Positions 40,705 through 53,299 of a stretch of 64,000 bases of DNA are shown here, in pieces. A program made the translations under genes and the position numbers. The stretch covers positions 67,146,001-67,210,000 of the forward strand of contig OZ320315.1 in assembly GCA_976226885.1 (NCBI GenBank), in the 5' to 3' direction. This DNA comes from Iphione sp. A-MEVVRFRX5 (lineage: Eukaryota). How positions within the stretch are numbered: the first letter of the stretch is position 1; every line of letters begins with the position of its first letter. Below the pieces are notes generated by a model. That model did no database searches and was not told where the DNA came from. It saw only the letters and a list, made by a program, of their open reading frames with translations.

Positions 40705-42789
40705 TCCTAACCCCCTCACACCCTCTGATATCTGACACGAATTTCATATGTATCTTCCGAGCATTGACAACTCATGAACAGATACTATATGCAAGAGTTG
40801 GTGACACCGGGAGGCAGGTCATGAGGTATTTATAGCAACAGTGACCTACATATGGAGCAGGAGGCAGTAAATGTCCTCTGGCGTCGTAAAACGGAGAGCA
40901 TTGAGAGCGATACATGATAGTCACAGTGATCATTGCCTATAGCCAAGATAGCATGCTGATGTTCTCTAGTGCTGAGACATAGGCTGGTATTGTAACCACA
41001 CTGACAGGACAGATCTAGGAATGACGGATGATTGATGGTTGCAGGTACACAGAACATAAGCAACATCTGCTTTAAAGCATGAAAATCAAGAAAAAGTATC
41101 TTTTATGTTGAAGCGGTACATGGTGCGGCGTGGCACATTGAGTGATGCGAAGAAGGTGTGGGCAGATTCGAATAAAAATGCGCTGTTGTTTTATTTCGTG
41201 ATGGGTGTGTAAATTTTAAGCAGTGCCTTTCAAGCTATGGTGTCCCCAGTTCTTTCTACTTTAAAAGCTCGATTGCTCTACATCTTGCTTTTAATTGAGG
41301 AACCTCCCATCCAGCAATGTCAAGTTGATACACTACGGTGACAAGACGGCAGTACCGTGTTGGTAACGATGCTTATAACAAAATGGGAATATTAAGTAAA
41401 GTGTCCACTGGTTTCCATAATTAAGTGGTGAACAACAGCTCACTAGACAGTACGAACTCCTTAATGAAGCCATAAGGCACGTTCATCACATGGACATGAT
41501 CGTTATATTTTGGGGTGGATGCATAAGCGAATAAACGACGAATATGGCCTGAACACGGCTTCTGAGAGCCCCTGTATACAGTATTAACATTTGTGACTTT
41601 AATTAACATCTATTACAGGAGGGACTATTTTGACGTCGTCTTGCACTATCTTCATGCCAATCCAGGTCCGATTTCATCAACCACAATCCATAGAATGAAT
41701 TCAAATTTTCAATTTGAGTTTCCACAGAACCAGAAGACCTATGCCCAGTGCCGTAGCGACTCACCCTGCGGGCAACCCAACAAGTATTTTACGCTGGAGT
41801 AAACAACACCTACAACTTTTCACGGTTCACGGTGTCTAAAAAACTGTAACAGAACATGTCGTGATCCGTGCTCTTTGTATCCTATGATGAACGGAAAATG
41901 TATAATTTACCTTGTGGAGATATAATCTTGTCCGTTGCTGATACGTGGAATTCCTCCTCCAAAGCCCCTTCAAAAAGGCATTTTTGCTGTTTGGGACTGT
42001 CGCAGTTTCAACCCGAATAAACACAAACCAAAAAGCAAACAAACACAATACACAGTCTTAGTCCTTTGAGAGTGAAACACAATCTGAATGCAGGCAGAAT
42101 ACCATCAAAGGCTATCTATGCCAGGTTTAACACAACTCCCGACCGAAGTAACAGTTGCTGGATTGCTGCTTATATCTCCAGCTTTCCTTGTATGAGTGAT
42201 GGATAAAATCTTGGTGTCGCCGTGCGTTGAAGTATGATAACGTTGGGATAGCTAGGATCTTGAAGCAAAACTCACAAAACCTGCCTCCTCTCTGATGTCG
42301 CCTCCGAAACAAGAGCAGCAGGAGCACGGCGTTCCCCATCGGTATCGTAGGTGGTCACGTGAAGCAGTTTTGGAAACAGAGCAAACAGGGGCAACCTATA
42401 ATTAGAGGGAGCGCTCCCAACTTCTCTCCGTCTCCCACGTAAGAAATATTTTTGTGTTGATAGTTCGGACCTGATCAAGACGCCGTAAATTGTTATGGAA
42501 GAACTCATTTTTCCCACCAGAGACTGTATGGGTGCACGCCAAACCAAACCTGGCCTTTTTCAGCGAATAGAAAAAAGGAACACATCACTTGTAGCAGCAA
42601 GTGGAGGAAAGAGAGCAAGTAACTCTGAAGGAGTACCTTAATTAATGGCTTGCAGTTGCTTTTAAGTGAAGAGTCATGATGACAGTTGTATTGAATGTAT
42701 ATCAACATATTACCTGCTGTTGAGGGAAGAGAGACAATCCAAATATGGAGATCACGTTGAACTTCACATTTGGGAAAACGTTTGAGGGG

Positions 42790-43180
42790 TGAAACAGAGG
42801 AGAGATAGGGACAGAGGAGTGGGAGGATCAAAAAGGGGAACAGAGTTGACAAAATAGAAGAGAGGCGGAGATGGGCAGGAGAAGGGGACGGGGAAGCCGA
42901 GAGGGAGGGGTAAGGAGAGAGAAGAATGAAGGTAAGAAGGTAAAGGAATTACGGGGCGTTTGAGAGCAGAAAAAGGAGAGGGGCGGGGAGGACGAAGAAT
43001 GACAGCAGGAGAGAAGGCGCAGACGAGTTAAAGGAGTGTTAAAGCGGACAGGGAAGAAGACAGAAAGAGGAACCCAGAGCAAAAGAAAGTAGGACATGCG
43101 AGAGAAATGGATGTGATCAAAAGAGATTTACGGAGAAAGCAAAGAAGAAAAATAAAAACACCAAGAGGGAAGAGAGCGTG
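42790..43180. repeat. Low-complexity purine-rich (A/G) tract; similar tracts at ~51200-51610, and C/T-rich at ~5870-6180 and ~29720-29950
   Basis: Strong strand asymmetry with no clear periodic unit. Confidence 0.7.
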
Positions 43181-44077
43181 CAATGTGTATAGCTGTGTGT
43201 AAAGGTCACGATCAAAGAGACAGCAGGCCTCGTCTTGGCGGTGTTGGGTGTCAAAAAGTTGACGGGGGGAGGCCGTGGTGAGACACGCCGACGGACAAAC
43301 ATAGCTTGAAGCAGCGTCTTCTGCTTGCTAATTGGGACTCGGCGACCCTGGTGAAAATAATGGTGATTCCCGCCGTGGGAGCACTTTTAATGAGACTAAA
43401 GAATCAAGTCATTAGAGAGAGGCTGTACTGGACGCTTGGTTGGGTGGGAGGGGTGGGTTAGAGGAGGCAGGGGAGGGAGGGAGGAGAGAGAGCGGTAAAG
43501 TAGGAGGTTAAGAGACAATAAAGATACCTTGCCTAAGTCTAGCATATGGGTAGTTTGGTGTGTGTGGATTTCTGTAATTTGCCTATAAAATCAAGATAGG
43601 TATTTTAGAGGAAAGGAAGAGCAAAAGAGGAGAAGACAAAAAGTGATGAGGAATATTGTTTTCAAATTAACTACAGAAAAACGGGGTTTCAGAAAAGACC
43701 GAGGAGAGGGATTCACCGTATGTCAGGGGCAAAGGGCTGGGGGGAAAAGAGCGAAATAGACTCTTCCTCCAGAAGCACGCAAGTAATTCACAGCTTTTGC
43801 ATTCATTGAGAGACACTACATGACCTTCAAAGCCAGACAACTAACCCTTTGGTAAATACCTTCCTTCAGTTTCCAGCGCGCTACTGAGGGGCAACCATAC
43901 GGTCCTCACTAGGCTAACAGCGGACAAGACCTTTTACCTGCTAGACGTCTCAGCAGGAGGCGAGAAAGATGACATTGTGAGCAAAAATAGATGTATTACC
44001 ATTGATTTCCGCGACACCTTGCTCTGTTTAGTAGATAATTTTGAATAGGGATAGATTCATAAGTATGCGATACAGGA

Positions 44078-44382
44078 CAGGCCCGTAGCCAAGGGGGTAT
44101 CAGGGGTACCGTCTGATACCCGCCAGAAAAGCCAGGAGTTCCACCTCTTCAGGCCTATAGTCAAGGATGTATCATGAGAAAGAGAGACAGACAGACACAG
44201 AGAGACAAATAGAGAGAAAGATACAGAGCCAGACAGAGCTAGAAGAGGGAAGAGAGGGAGAGACAGAGAGACCTGTCTAACCAGGAGTTCCACCTCTCTA
44301 ACCAGGAGTTCCACCTTTTTATCCAAGAGTCCCATCTCTCTAATTTGAGATAACCCCACAAGACTTCCTGGCTACGGGCCTG
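44078..44382. mobile_element. 305-bp MITE with perfect 14-bp TIRs and 6-bp TSD
   Basis: TIR CAGGCCCGTAGCCA...TGGCTACGGGCCTG, flanked on both sides by ACAGGA (44072-77, 44383-88). Internal CCAGGAGTTCCACCT x3 and an AG-rich tract. Confidence 0.85.
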
Positions 44383-44680
44383 ACAGGAAAGGAACATGCG
44401 TCACAATATATTCTCTAGGGCCAATAATGTTTGTTTCTTGTATTCATGCAATACACACCTAGCAAGCTTCGCCTTCTATCATTAGCATTTATGTAAAAGC
44501 TTCTGTCAGAGGAATTCGTTGATGACATAGATCTCCCCTGGGTCAAATTCACTACCAATTTCAATGTACTCCGCTACAAATCTTACAAACTGGACATGAC
44601 CTTTGACTAGGGAATCCTTAACCGTTTGCAGTACCTGTTTCAACAATAACCACGACGGAACACAAGAAGGCGTTTCATAT

Positions 44681-44735
44681 CCGGAAGTAGAGTAAACACC
44701 GCTAAAAGCCACAAGATAAAAGTGGCCAAGATGGC
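44681..44735. promoter_or_regulatory. Possible core-promoter motif cluster (ETS-like CCGGAAGT + YY1-like CAAGATGGC)
   Basis: CCGGAAGT at 44681-88 and CAAGATGGC at 44727-35; minus-strand donor CAG|GTACTG at 44634. Confidence 0.25.
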
Positions 44736-45526
44736 AACTGCTCTCTAACCTCTTTTACCTCCTTCTTGTAAATACAGCAATTCCCACTTCTGAAAATGTA
44801 GGTGATTTTTGTGATACATATTTTGTCCTTAGGACAGAGCAATCAGGCCGGTATGTCAGGGACGGGGGAGGGTTTGAAATGATCAACAGATTCACGTCAT
44901 ATAATGCATTTTGATAATTAAGGGGTTTCACTTGAACCCAAACAGTACGATTTCAGCTCAATATAATTAACAATAATGAACAACAATAGAATAACTTTTA
45001 AGCACTTGCACACTTAATAAAGGTTATGTATTTTCGCTAAATCATGAAGGATTTGTACTGATATTTTTAACAGAATTTCTTAATGGCTTTCTGGGTGTCA
45101 AAGGGCAAGTGACAAAATAATAACAAAGGGCATGTTCAACTGAGCACCTTAGGCCTCAGGCTGTCTTGATTTGAACGGATAAAACATCAATACGTCAATA
45201 ATGACGCAGATCACTCTGGGAGCGTGGGAACGGCATGCCATTATCTCGAATGACCTGAGTGATCTTTAGAAAATCGTTGATAAGAGGCATATCTTGACTC
45301 TCGAGCACCATAAAAACAAAGACAATTATTCGCCGCAATTTCTGACCATTTACGGAACCCGAATGCAAAATATACCTGTACATTGGAATTCCACTTAACA
45401 GGTCCATAGCCAGGAATTTGTGTTTCTTTGGCAATATAAAGTTTGCTAGAATACCGTGGCTTTACTTTCCCGCTTGTACTGATAAACACATATAGACATT
45501 CATAGGCTCACAAATCAACACACTCT

Positions 45527-46645
45527 GACGATATTTTCTTTCTCTGGCCCCATGGCCAAACAGAATTGAACTGTTTCATAGAACACTTGCAAACAAGAGT
45601 TCCGAATATCAAATTCACAACAAACATATCAACCACGAAGGTAGAATTCTTGGACACGACAGTATTGAGAACCCCGACGGGGGATCTAAAAACATCCCTG
45701 TTTATAAAAGACACAGACACAAATACAATACTACACTACACTTCCGCACACCCTTTAAGAATGAAGAGAAACATCCCATTCAGTCAATTCCTGAGAATAA
45801 GGAGGATTTGCAGTGAAGATGACGACTTCATGAAATATGCACTAATGAAGGCTAAAGGGATGTCCCTACGAGGATATCCGCTTACAGTATTATCAACAAG
45901 CTTACACGAAGCAGCAAAGAGAGATAGAGAACAGTTGTTAGTGAGAGAGAAGAATAACAACAAGAATTTGGAAAATAAAGACATATTTGTAACGACTTTC
46001 CAACCAGGCAACAACGATACAGAACGAATCATACAGAAGAACTGGGATTTTCTAAAAAGATCAAAAAGCACTCGAGTATTTATGGACTCCAGATTACTAA
46101 TAGCATATAGAAGACCGAAAAACCTGAAGGACCTCCTAGTGAGAGCACGTTACCTGGAGTACAAGAAGACAGAGACTAGAACCAAAGAAAATAAATGTGA
46201 AAATCGAAAGTGCAGATACTGCCCGAAATTAAACACCACAGAGACATTAAGATGTAGAGACACAAACCGAGAGTAACAAGTTAGAAAGGTTGCAACCTGC
46301 AACAGCAGCAACTTGATATATGCTATGAATTGCACCAGATGCAATCTTACTTACGTAGGTCAAACCAAACAACGATTGAAAGACAGACTGAGGAGCCACC
46401 TCTATGACATAGAGAAGAAAAAAGATAAGAACTTGATAACAATCCACTTCAATAAAAAAGACCACAGCTACAAGGAAAACCTAAGATTCCAAGTTATAGA
46501 CTTCATATACCAAGCCCCAGACAGTAAGAGGGCCCAAGAACTGAGAAACAACCTAGAGCAGAAATGGATACATCGCCTAAAAACATTAGCCCCAAAAGGA
46601 CTCAACATAATGGATGGAGAATATAGTAACCAAACAGATGTATAA
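45527..46645 (+). pseudogene. PLE RT(thumb)-GIY-YIG ORF interrupted by a single in-frame TAA (46274-46276)
   Basis: ORFs 45566-46276 and 46313-46645 are in the same frame; reading through gives RE*QVRKVATCNSSNLIYAMNC. Confidence 0.88.
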
Positions 46646-46744
46646 ATAGCCTTGTCACAAAAAATTACATCCCTTCCTAGGATGTAATTTTAAACTAAAT
46701 ATGTCATATATGACACCTGTACCTACAGGAAAATTATACATCAA

Positions 46745-46784
46745 CATGCCTGATGAGACAACCGTCGAAACCGCGTTAACATGT
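46745..46784 (+). ncRNA. Minimal hammerhead ribozyme-like motif in the PLE 3' region
   Basis: CTGATGA (46750-56), GAC-aacc-GTC helix II, GAAA (46767-70), then C-cgc-GTT; flanking CATG(T) arms could form helix I. Minimal hammerheads are established in Penelope pLTRs. Helix I/III pairing here is imperfect. Confidence 0.65.
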
Positions 46785-49138
46785 GCCTAAAAACAAAGTC
46801 AAACTTCTTTTCCCCACCCATGGTAGTGAGACCTCAAAGGCTGTCACCATGGCAACAGAAAAACATGTATATAAGAGACAGGGGACAACTGCTGGCTAGA
46901 CACAACACGGTAGCATGTAAAGAGAGAGGTACCTTGCCACGTCTTTGAAATACACTCTGATAAAACGTACATGTATGTATACAGGTGTACTTCTGTTAAT
47001 GAAAAACATGTGTTCCTCCATGTAATTCTCGTCTTGGAAACAATCTTTACGGCGGCACACCATTCCTGCATGAAGTTTCATTTGTGTGACTTAATATCCG
47101 TTAAAAGAGCATTTCCCCCCGTAACTTGCACGTGATCGTTTGCCCATTAATTCAAACTCTGATGTTAGTTTCACATTTGTTGTTTACATAAAACATAATA
47201 CAAGTACATATGCTACACTCTAGAAGTGGGGCATATTTTGTGTCGGTGTGCCAAGGAACTAAGTACATGTATATATTGTTGTGCAGAGCAGTAGTATACT
47301 CCGCACCGAGTTACTCAGCACGCTGAGCATGTATGTAAGTTACTCCTCACGTTAGCTCCGTACGATATGACTGTATGTATAAAAGCAAGTGCGTGCGGAG
47401 TTCAGTTCAGTTGCATTCTTACCTCTCAGCTATAAACATCTAAACCTTACTTGGGAGTCTGCATCCAGTATGTTAAGGTCTGGCCGTAGCAATATATTCA
47501 TTTGCATTTTAGTTCTCTGCAAGAAGCTCTGTGCCTTCATGTGTGTGTGTGTTGATACAGAATGCGAGGATATCTCACCTCATGCGAGGGCCCATCCTTC
47601 CCCATGCACCCCTCCCTCTCCCCCAAACACGTCTATTCTGGCTCTCGCCCTCCCCATCACTTAGGGTGATCATGGAAACCCTCCATTACAATCCAGGCAA
47701 AGGTCGTGGGAAGACCTCACATGTCTGACGACCAGTCCTCCCTGTTTTGTACCCTCTCTGCATCATTAGCAAATTTTATTATCCGATAGGAAAGCTATGA
47801 GTAAAGGGGATAGTTGTTTTGAATTAATGTAAAGATACAGAGATATGTTTATAAATGATTCTGATTGATTTCCTTGTTAATGCATGAGTGGTATGTATAG
47901 TTCTCTCCATTATTACTGGATAGAAAAGCCTAATAGTGTCACAATGATATCTTATAAGTAGAAATGATCTGGTTAGATAACTGGCAGAGGGGAATAACCC
48001 AGTGTAAGGCAAAAAGTGGGAATGAGATTTTAATTATTTACGGTACGCATCACAAGAAATGTTTAAATTTCACTTAACACATAGTCTCAAACTAAGGAAT
48101 TAGTATGGCCCTAAATAATCACAGAAAAGAAAAAGAGGATATTCTGGAAAATCACTTATGCAACAGTATACAATTGGTCTGTGAATCTAGGGATGCCCAT
48201 CCCGCAAACTAACTCATTTCAATCATGTATTGTCTAACAGTCATTAAGCCAATTAAACTGCTAGCGGAAGCCATTACCATAGCAAATCAGCGATAATAGT
48301 TAAATGATCTCCACAAATTAACCCTTTTTTGAAACTTTGATTTCCCTTCCATGTCAATCAACCGAAACTATGCTTGTTTTCCAGGTTACATGCCGATGCC
48401 AGGAAGAACCTTTTTGTTTCTGATCAGCCTGTATTCGGAAGAGATTAATTTGTTGTGTGTTCGCCCATTGATTATAGTCTGAACCATGGGGAACCTAGTA
48501 CATTTTCATCCTGTTCCCCTACCAGACTGGATTGGTAAACAATATATATAGTAAAGCTTTAGTATTGGCTGGGTTGTTTAGTTTTTTTCCGTTATTGCTG
48601 GCTTACGTTCATTGTTCAGCAAAACATTGTGTTACTTTCAATCAAGTGCTGTTCATCTAGTGCTGTTTTAACAGTTCACCTCTTGGATTGTATAGATGAT
48701 CAGAAAGTTTACCAAAGGACTTCATACAAATGTTGATGGGTCATTTAGCAACAACTGATTACACTATTCTAGTACCTTATAAACACCAAACTGGTGAGCT
48801 GTAGTTTACCAACTACCTGAATGTTTGGTGAATCATTTATATAAAGGTCTGTAAATTTTCCCGCATCCGAGACTTTGGAGGGAAAAAGAGATGAGTAGGA
48901 TAGAGACATGAGGGTTTAAATCAGGAACACTTTGTAAATCAGGAACAGTATGGAGGGACAGTGCTTAACATATGTTAGTTCGTTGAAAATTTACTTATAA
49001 TTGCACAATGAGAAGGACAGAGAAGCACCATATACATAGAGTACCCCTCTCTGTGAGAATCAGTCATGTCAGATCAGCAAATCAATCACACATGAATAAC
49101 AGTTGTACGCAACTGTAAGCTGTACTTTAGTTGCAAGG

Positions 49139-49259
49139 TAGCTTAATCCGGAAATACTCTGATTATAGCTTCATCCTAGTGTACTCAGTATATGGCATCA
49201 TTCAGAGGTACTCAGAATGTAGCTTCATCTTGAGATACTCAGAACCTAGCTTTATCCTA
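49139..49259. repeat. 27-bp tandem repeat, ~4.5 copies
   Basis: TAGCTTCATCxxxxxxTACTCAGxxxx units at 49139, 49166, 49193, 49220, 49247. Confidence 0.8.
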
Positions 49260-51651
49260 CCCAAGTCATAGGCATCAACGACCCCCAGGCATCATTGCTA
49301 GTTAGAGACACTACAACATACTGTCATTTCATCATAGACTCATTGTTAGTAGGTGATCATTATTGTGATTAAGACATAAATTCTCTCTTCACTTTCGTAG
49401 GGTGTCTAAAGGAAGATTTCATTTCATGTGCATTACATTCTTATATCATTACAGTTAGGTATCCGCGGCGAGAGGTGAGGAGGTGCCACACTCCAAAGGT
49501 TCAGCTGGATTAGTTCTGTGAATTACTAAGGGTCATTAAATTTTAACATTTACACTCACAAAGACATGATTTTTATTCAAAGAAGTACTTGTATTATTTG
49601 TAAGTGACATATATGTTTGAGGTAGTATGGTTTAAATTTCGATATGAATATCTTGTACAGCATCGTCCGCATACGGTATACACATAGCCTGTAACGCCTG
49701 CTCCTACCAGCCTACCTGCCGACTACCGTACCACCCCCTTCCTCAGACCCTACTCTAAATCCTATCCCTCTCACATAATTATTACGCGGGCTGCTGTTCG
49801 CTCGACTGACAAATGATAGTCTCATTACATCAATTAAATCCATTTTTCTCCCTTGCTTGAGGCCTGTGGAAATCAAATGTGCCGCGTAATTGCCTCCTTA
49901 ATTGCCAGTAGACATTTGCTACAGGCTAATTCGTCTTGATAAGCCAATATTGGAGCTAGTTTCCGACATATTTAGCCCTACACCGACACGTAATGCATAC
50001 TGAACGGGATAAGTTACATCCTAAGTGTATTATGTGGTCATTTGGCTGTGGAAGAGAAGACTAAAAAGATATCTAAGGGAGGGGGATGAGAAAACGAGTG
50101 CTAATAGACAGATGGCTAGGGAGAGAGAGGAAGCGGGAGGATGTACGGACATGATAAAGATAAGAATTCCGTGAAGAGTGAAAGTCCAGGGTAGACTAAG
50201 AGAAAGTGAGAAAGAAATATTAAACAAACGAAACGCAAAGTAAGTTGATTCTTCCTTGACGGTTCCACAGTACATGTATATTCTTTGAAGATCATTTTAC
50301 AAGGAAAATACAACATTGCCTAAAGATTTGCTGCGAATATGCTGTGCTTGTCGCCCGGGTAAATTGCCTCTTTTTATGCTACTAGCATGAATTTATGGAT
50401 GCTACTTTTCAGCGGTGGTTCTCACATTCAAATACAACCGAATGGTAAATATCTGGGTCAATCCATATCTGTTGGTACACTGGAATAAGTCATGATCGTA
50501 TCAACATACATGTATCAATATAAACGTGCGCAAAACTTTTCTACCATTCTGACTCTTGTTGACGTACAGGAACTGATATATCAAACTGACTAAATATTTC
50601 AGTTTCCTCATCTCCATTGCCAGTCAGTGTGTGATAACAACCATAGCTCTAAATGGTTGACTATTTCTATATACACAGGGGCCCCTATAATGCGGACAGT
50701 TAAGGAATAAGCAAGACTGTATATTGAAAGAGTAATGTCCCGAATAGCCGGAGCATATGGTTTGATAGATATGGTTCCATCGCTTTCCTGCCCATGCAGT
50801 AAAATGCCCCGAGTGGAGGGTTCTGCAGAGTCAACTATGGATAGAGACGGGTGGTTATCATCATTTTACTCAGTGTAGCAGGTACCTCAACAAAGGTCAC
50901 TGCTATTATACTGACATAGTCTGACGTGTCCACAACCTCTGCAAGACACCATTTTCACACTAATTGGTCCACTTTATATATGTAACCAACATTAGAGATG
51001 TCTTTCACCACTCTAACACAGCCATGAACCTACATGCAAATTCTTACTCATGATTCTATCATTGTTTGGTCTAGCACGTACCTCAACCATGACAAGTGAC
51101 AACTAATCATGGCTGTAATATTAACTAATCTAGTGTGTACAACAACCAACCCTGGTCAGTTGTCACTGAGCAATTGTCATTCCATGGCAATGGGCATGGC
51201 AGAGAGAGACGTGGGACAGAGAAGTTAACAAGGAGAGTTGGAAATTGACAAATGAGAGCAAGAACAAGAGCCGAAAAGTGTAGAGGGATAAGGGATATAG
51301 ATAGAAGCAGATACAGAAGGAAACATACAGCGCAATTAAAAGACGCAGATGTACAGAGAGAATGGCGAAGAAACCAGAATGAATGAGAGGAAGAGAAAGA
51401 AAACAAAAAGATAATAATCAAGAAGAACGGAATGGAAGTGAAACAGCTTTATTGTCGTGAAAATAATGAAATACAGGAGAAGGAATGAAGATAGAATTAT
51501 ACGAAAAACGCAATACTATAAGTCCCAAATGAAGAAAGAGATAAAGGGAGGGACACGGGAAGGAATCAAGAGATAGAGAGAAGAGAGAGCATTAGGCGAG
51601 GGATTAAGAGGCAATTATGATAATGGGTCAGTTACCTTGACTTCTTTTAAA

Positions 51652-51836
51652 GACCTCACTGGATGACCTTGAATACATTACAATGTATTTTTCTAGTCCA
51701 CATTACCCCGTAGCGTCAGATACTGCCATTCCCAAGGTCTAAGGACCTCATTGGATAACCCTGAATACATTATAATGTACTTTTTCTAGTCCGCATTGCC
51801 CCGTCCCGTCAGATACTGCCCTTCACAAGGTCTAAG
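51652..51836. repeat. 92-bp tandem duplication
   Basis: GACCTCA..GGAT.ACC.TGAATACATTA...CGTCAGATACTGCC...CAAGGTCTAAG occurs at 51652 and 51744. Confidence 0.9.
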
Positions 51837-52998
51837 AGTGATCTATTTGTATCATATCAAGGCAGATAAGGATTTCATGACATACAATTATGCACATATG
51901 TAGGTCTGAGTATGTGTATAATACATATTAATACTTCGGAAATAGATATAAACGACCAGAATGTGGGATAACGGCAGGCGGTGGAGGAGAAATAAAAGCA
52001 ATAATATTTACTTGAGATGTAACCATTCTAGCAATGTCAGTATACTACATAGGTAAATGGGAAGCCATTATAGAGTTGAAATCTGCTCGAGGAAGCACCT
52101 TTAAAATGGCATGAAATTAAGTAAGGATAGAACAGATGGAAGCTCGAAGTTTATAGAGAGGCAAATTGCATGTTACTTGGTCAACAGTCACATGATTCGA
52201 AGGATCTTCAGGTTGAGGGTTGGAATTACACCCGCCCACAAAGCCTGGTGTGTGATAAAAGCTTGCCCAATGAATCGGATGGTTGTATGTTTCTGAATAC
52301 AATCTTTTTCCCTGTAGGTGCATAAAGCAGTACGATGACCGCAGTCCTTTGCAAAAACATTGAAGTCCAAATCAATTTGCAATTTTGCTTCAGTAGACCT
52401 AGTAAACATTATTTTAATCATCAAGGAAAGAACAGTCGTAAGAGAATTGTAATAGAAATTTATGAGCGACGACTGCGACTTTGGCAATTCTACTTTACCT
52501 TTTTATTTTAAAAGAGTCTTCTGGAATGAGTCCGCCTCATAGGCATATATCAAATAGAAGAATGAGACCGGAAGTTCGAAGTTGACATGGGATAACATTC
52601 AGGGGGAGCATATTGAGTTTGAAGGGTGGCAACAGTGAAAAAGTGGACAGTTGAGGGAAGTGACCATATTGACATTATAGTCACCATATTTGCAATATCT
52701 ATAGGGGGTTAGGTCGGCAGTCTAAGCATAACTCAAGGAAAGAGTTTTTTTGAAGTGAAATGCAGCTCTCCTATCATCATTTCATGATCGAATGCTTTGA
52801 AATTACAACTGACCAGATAGAGGTCCTACTTTGTATACAGTTCCTTCATAAATTAACATTACGACATCAAATATCAATTGACAATACGGACGCAAATGAA
52901 ATTATTTTCCCTCACGAAATCAAGATATAACTCTTAGCTACTCATAATACAGTACACTGCATTATACTAAGAAGGGCAATATGCTCATCAAAGGGTTT

Positions 52999-53020
52999 TA
53001 TATATATATATATATATATA
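52999..53020. repeat. (TA)11 microsatellite
   Basis: Read directly. Confidence 0.95.
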
Positions 53021-53299
53021 GCTTAGAAGGACTAGGTGGTATTGATCTTTATTTTGAGCGCATGCTTGCAGATTGTACGTGCTTTAAAGCCTAATAGTCC
53101 TTTGACAGCTCAATGCAAAATAATAAAATGTACTAAAGATGGTTTTAGGAGTACGAATACTTTACAGACTGTCAGGTTTATGACGGGGGTTTCCATGCAT
53201 ACATGTCAGAGCCCTTACTAAGTCACTTGTACCACAGAGTGTACCAGTGTTTGCTTTCATGTAAATGAAAAATCGAGGCGTCCAGACGTGTTCTCTTAA

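Larger units (their letters stand above)
45527..46790 (+). mobile_element. 5'-truncated Penelope-like element (Neptune-type)
   Basis: Begins at DDIFFLW (RT catalytic DD at 45527-45532, the preceding YI absent). Continues with KVEFLDTTV, HYTSAHP, IPFSQFLRIRRICS, RGYP, AYRRPKNLKDLLVRA, Cys linker CENRKCRYC, then GIY-YIG LIYAMNCTRC..YVGQT and terminal PKGLN. Confidence 0.92.
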
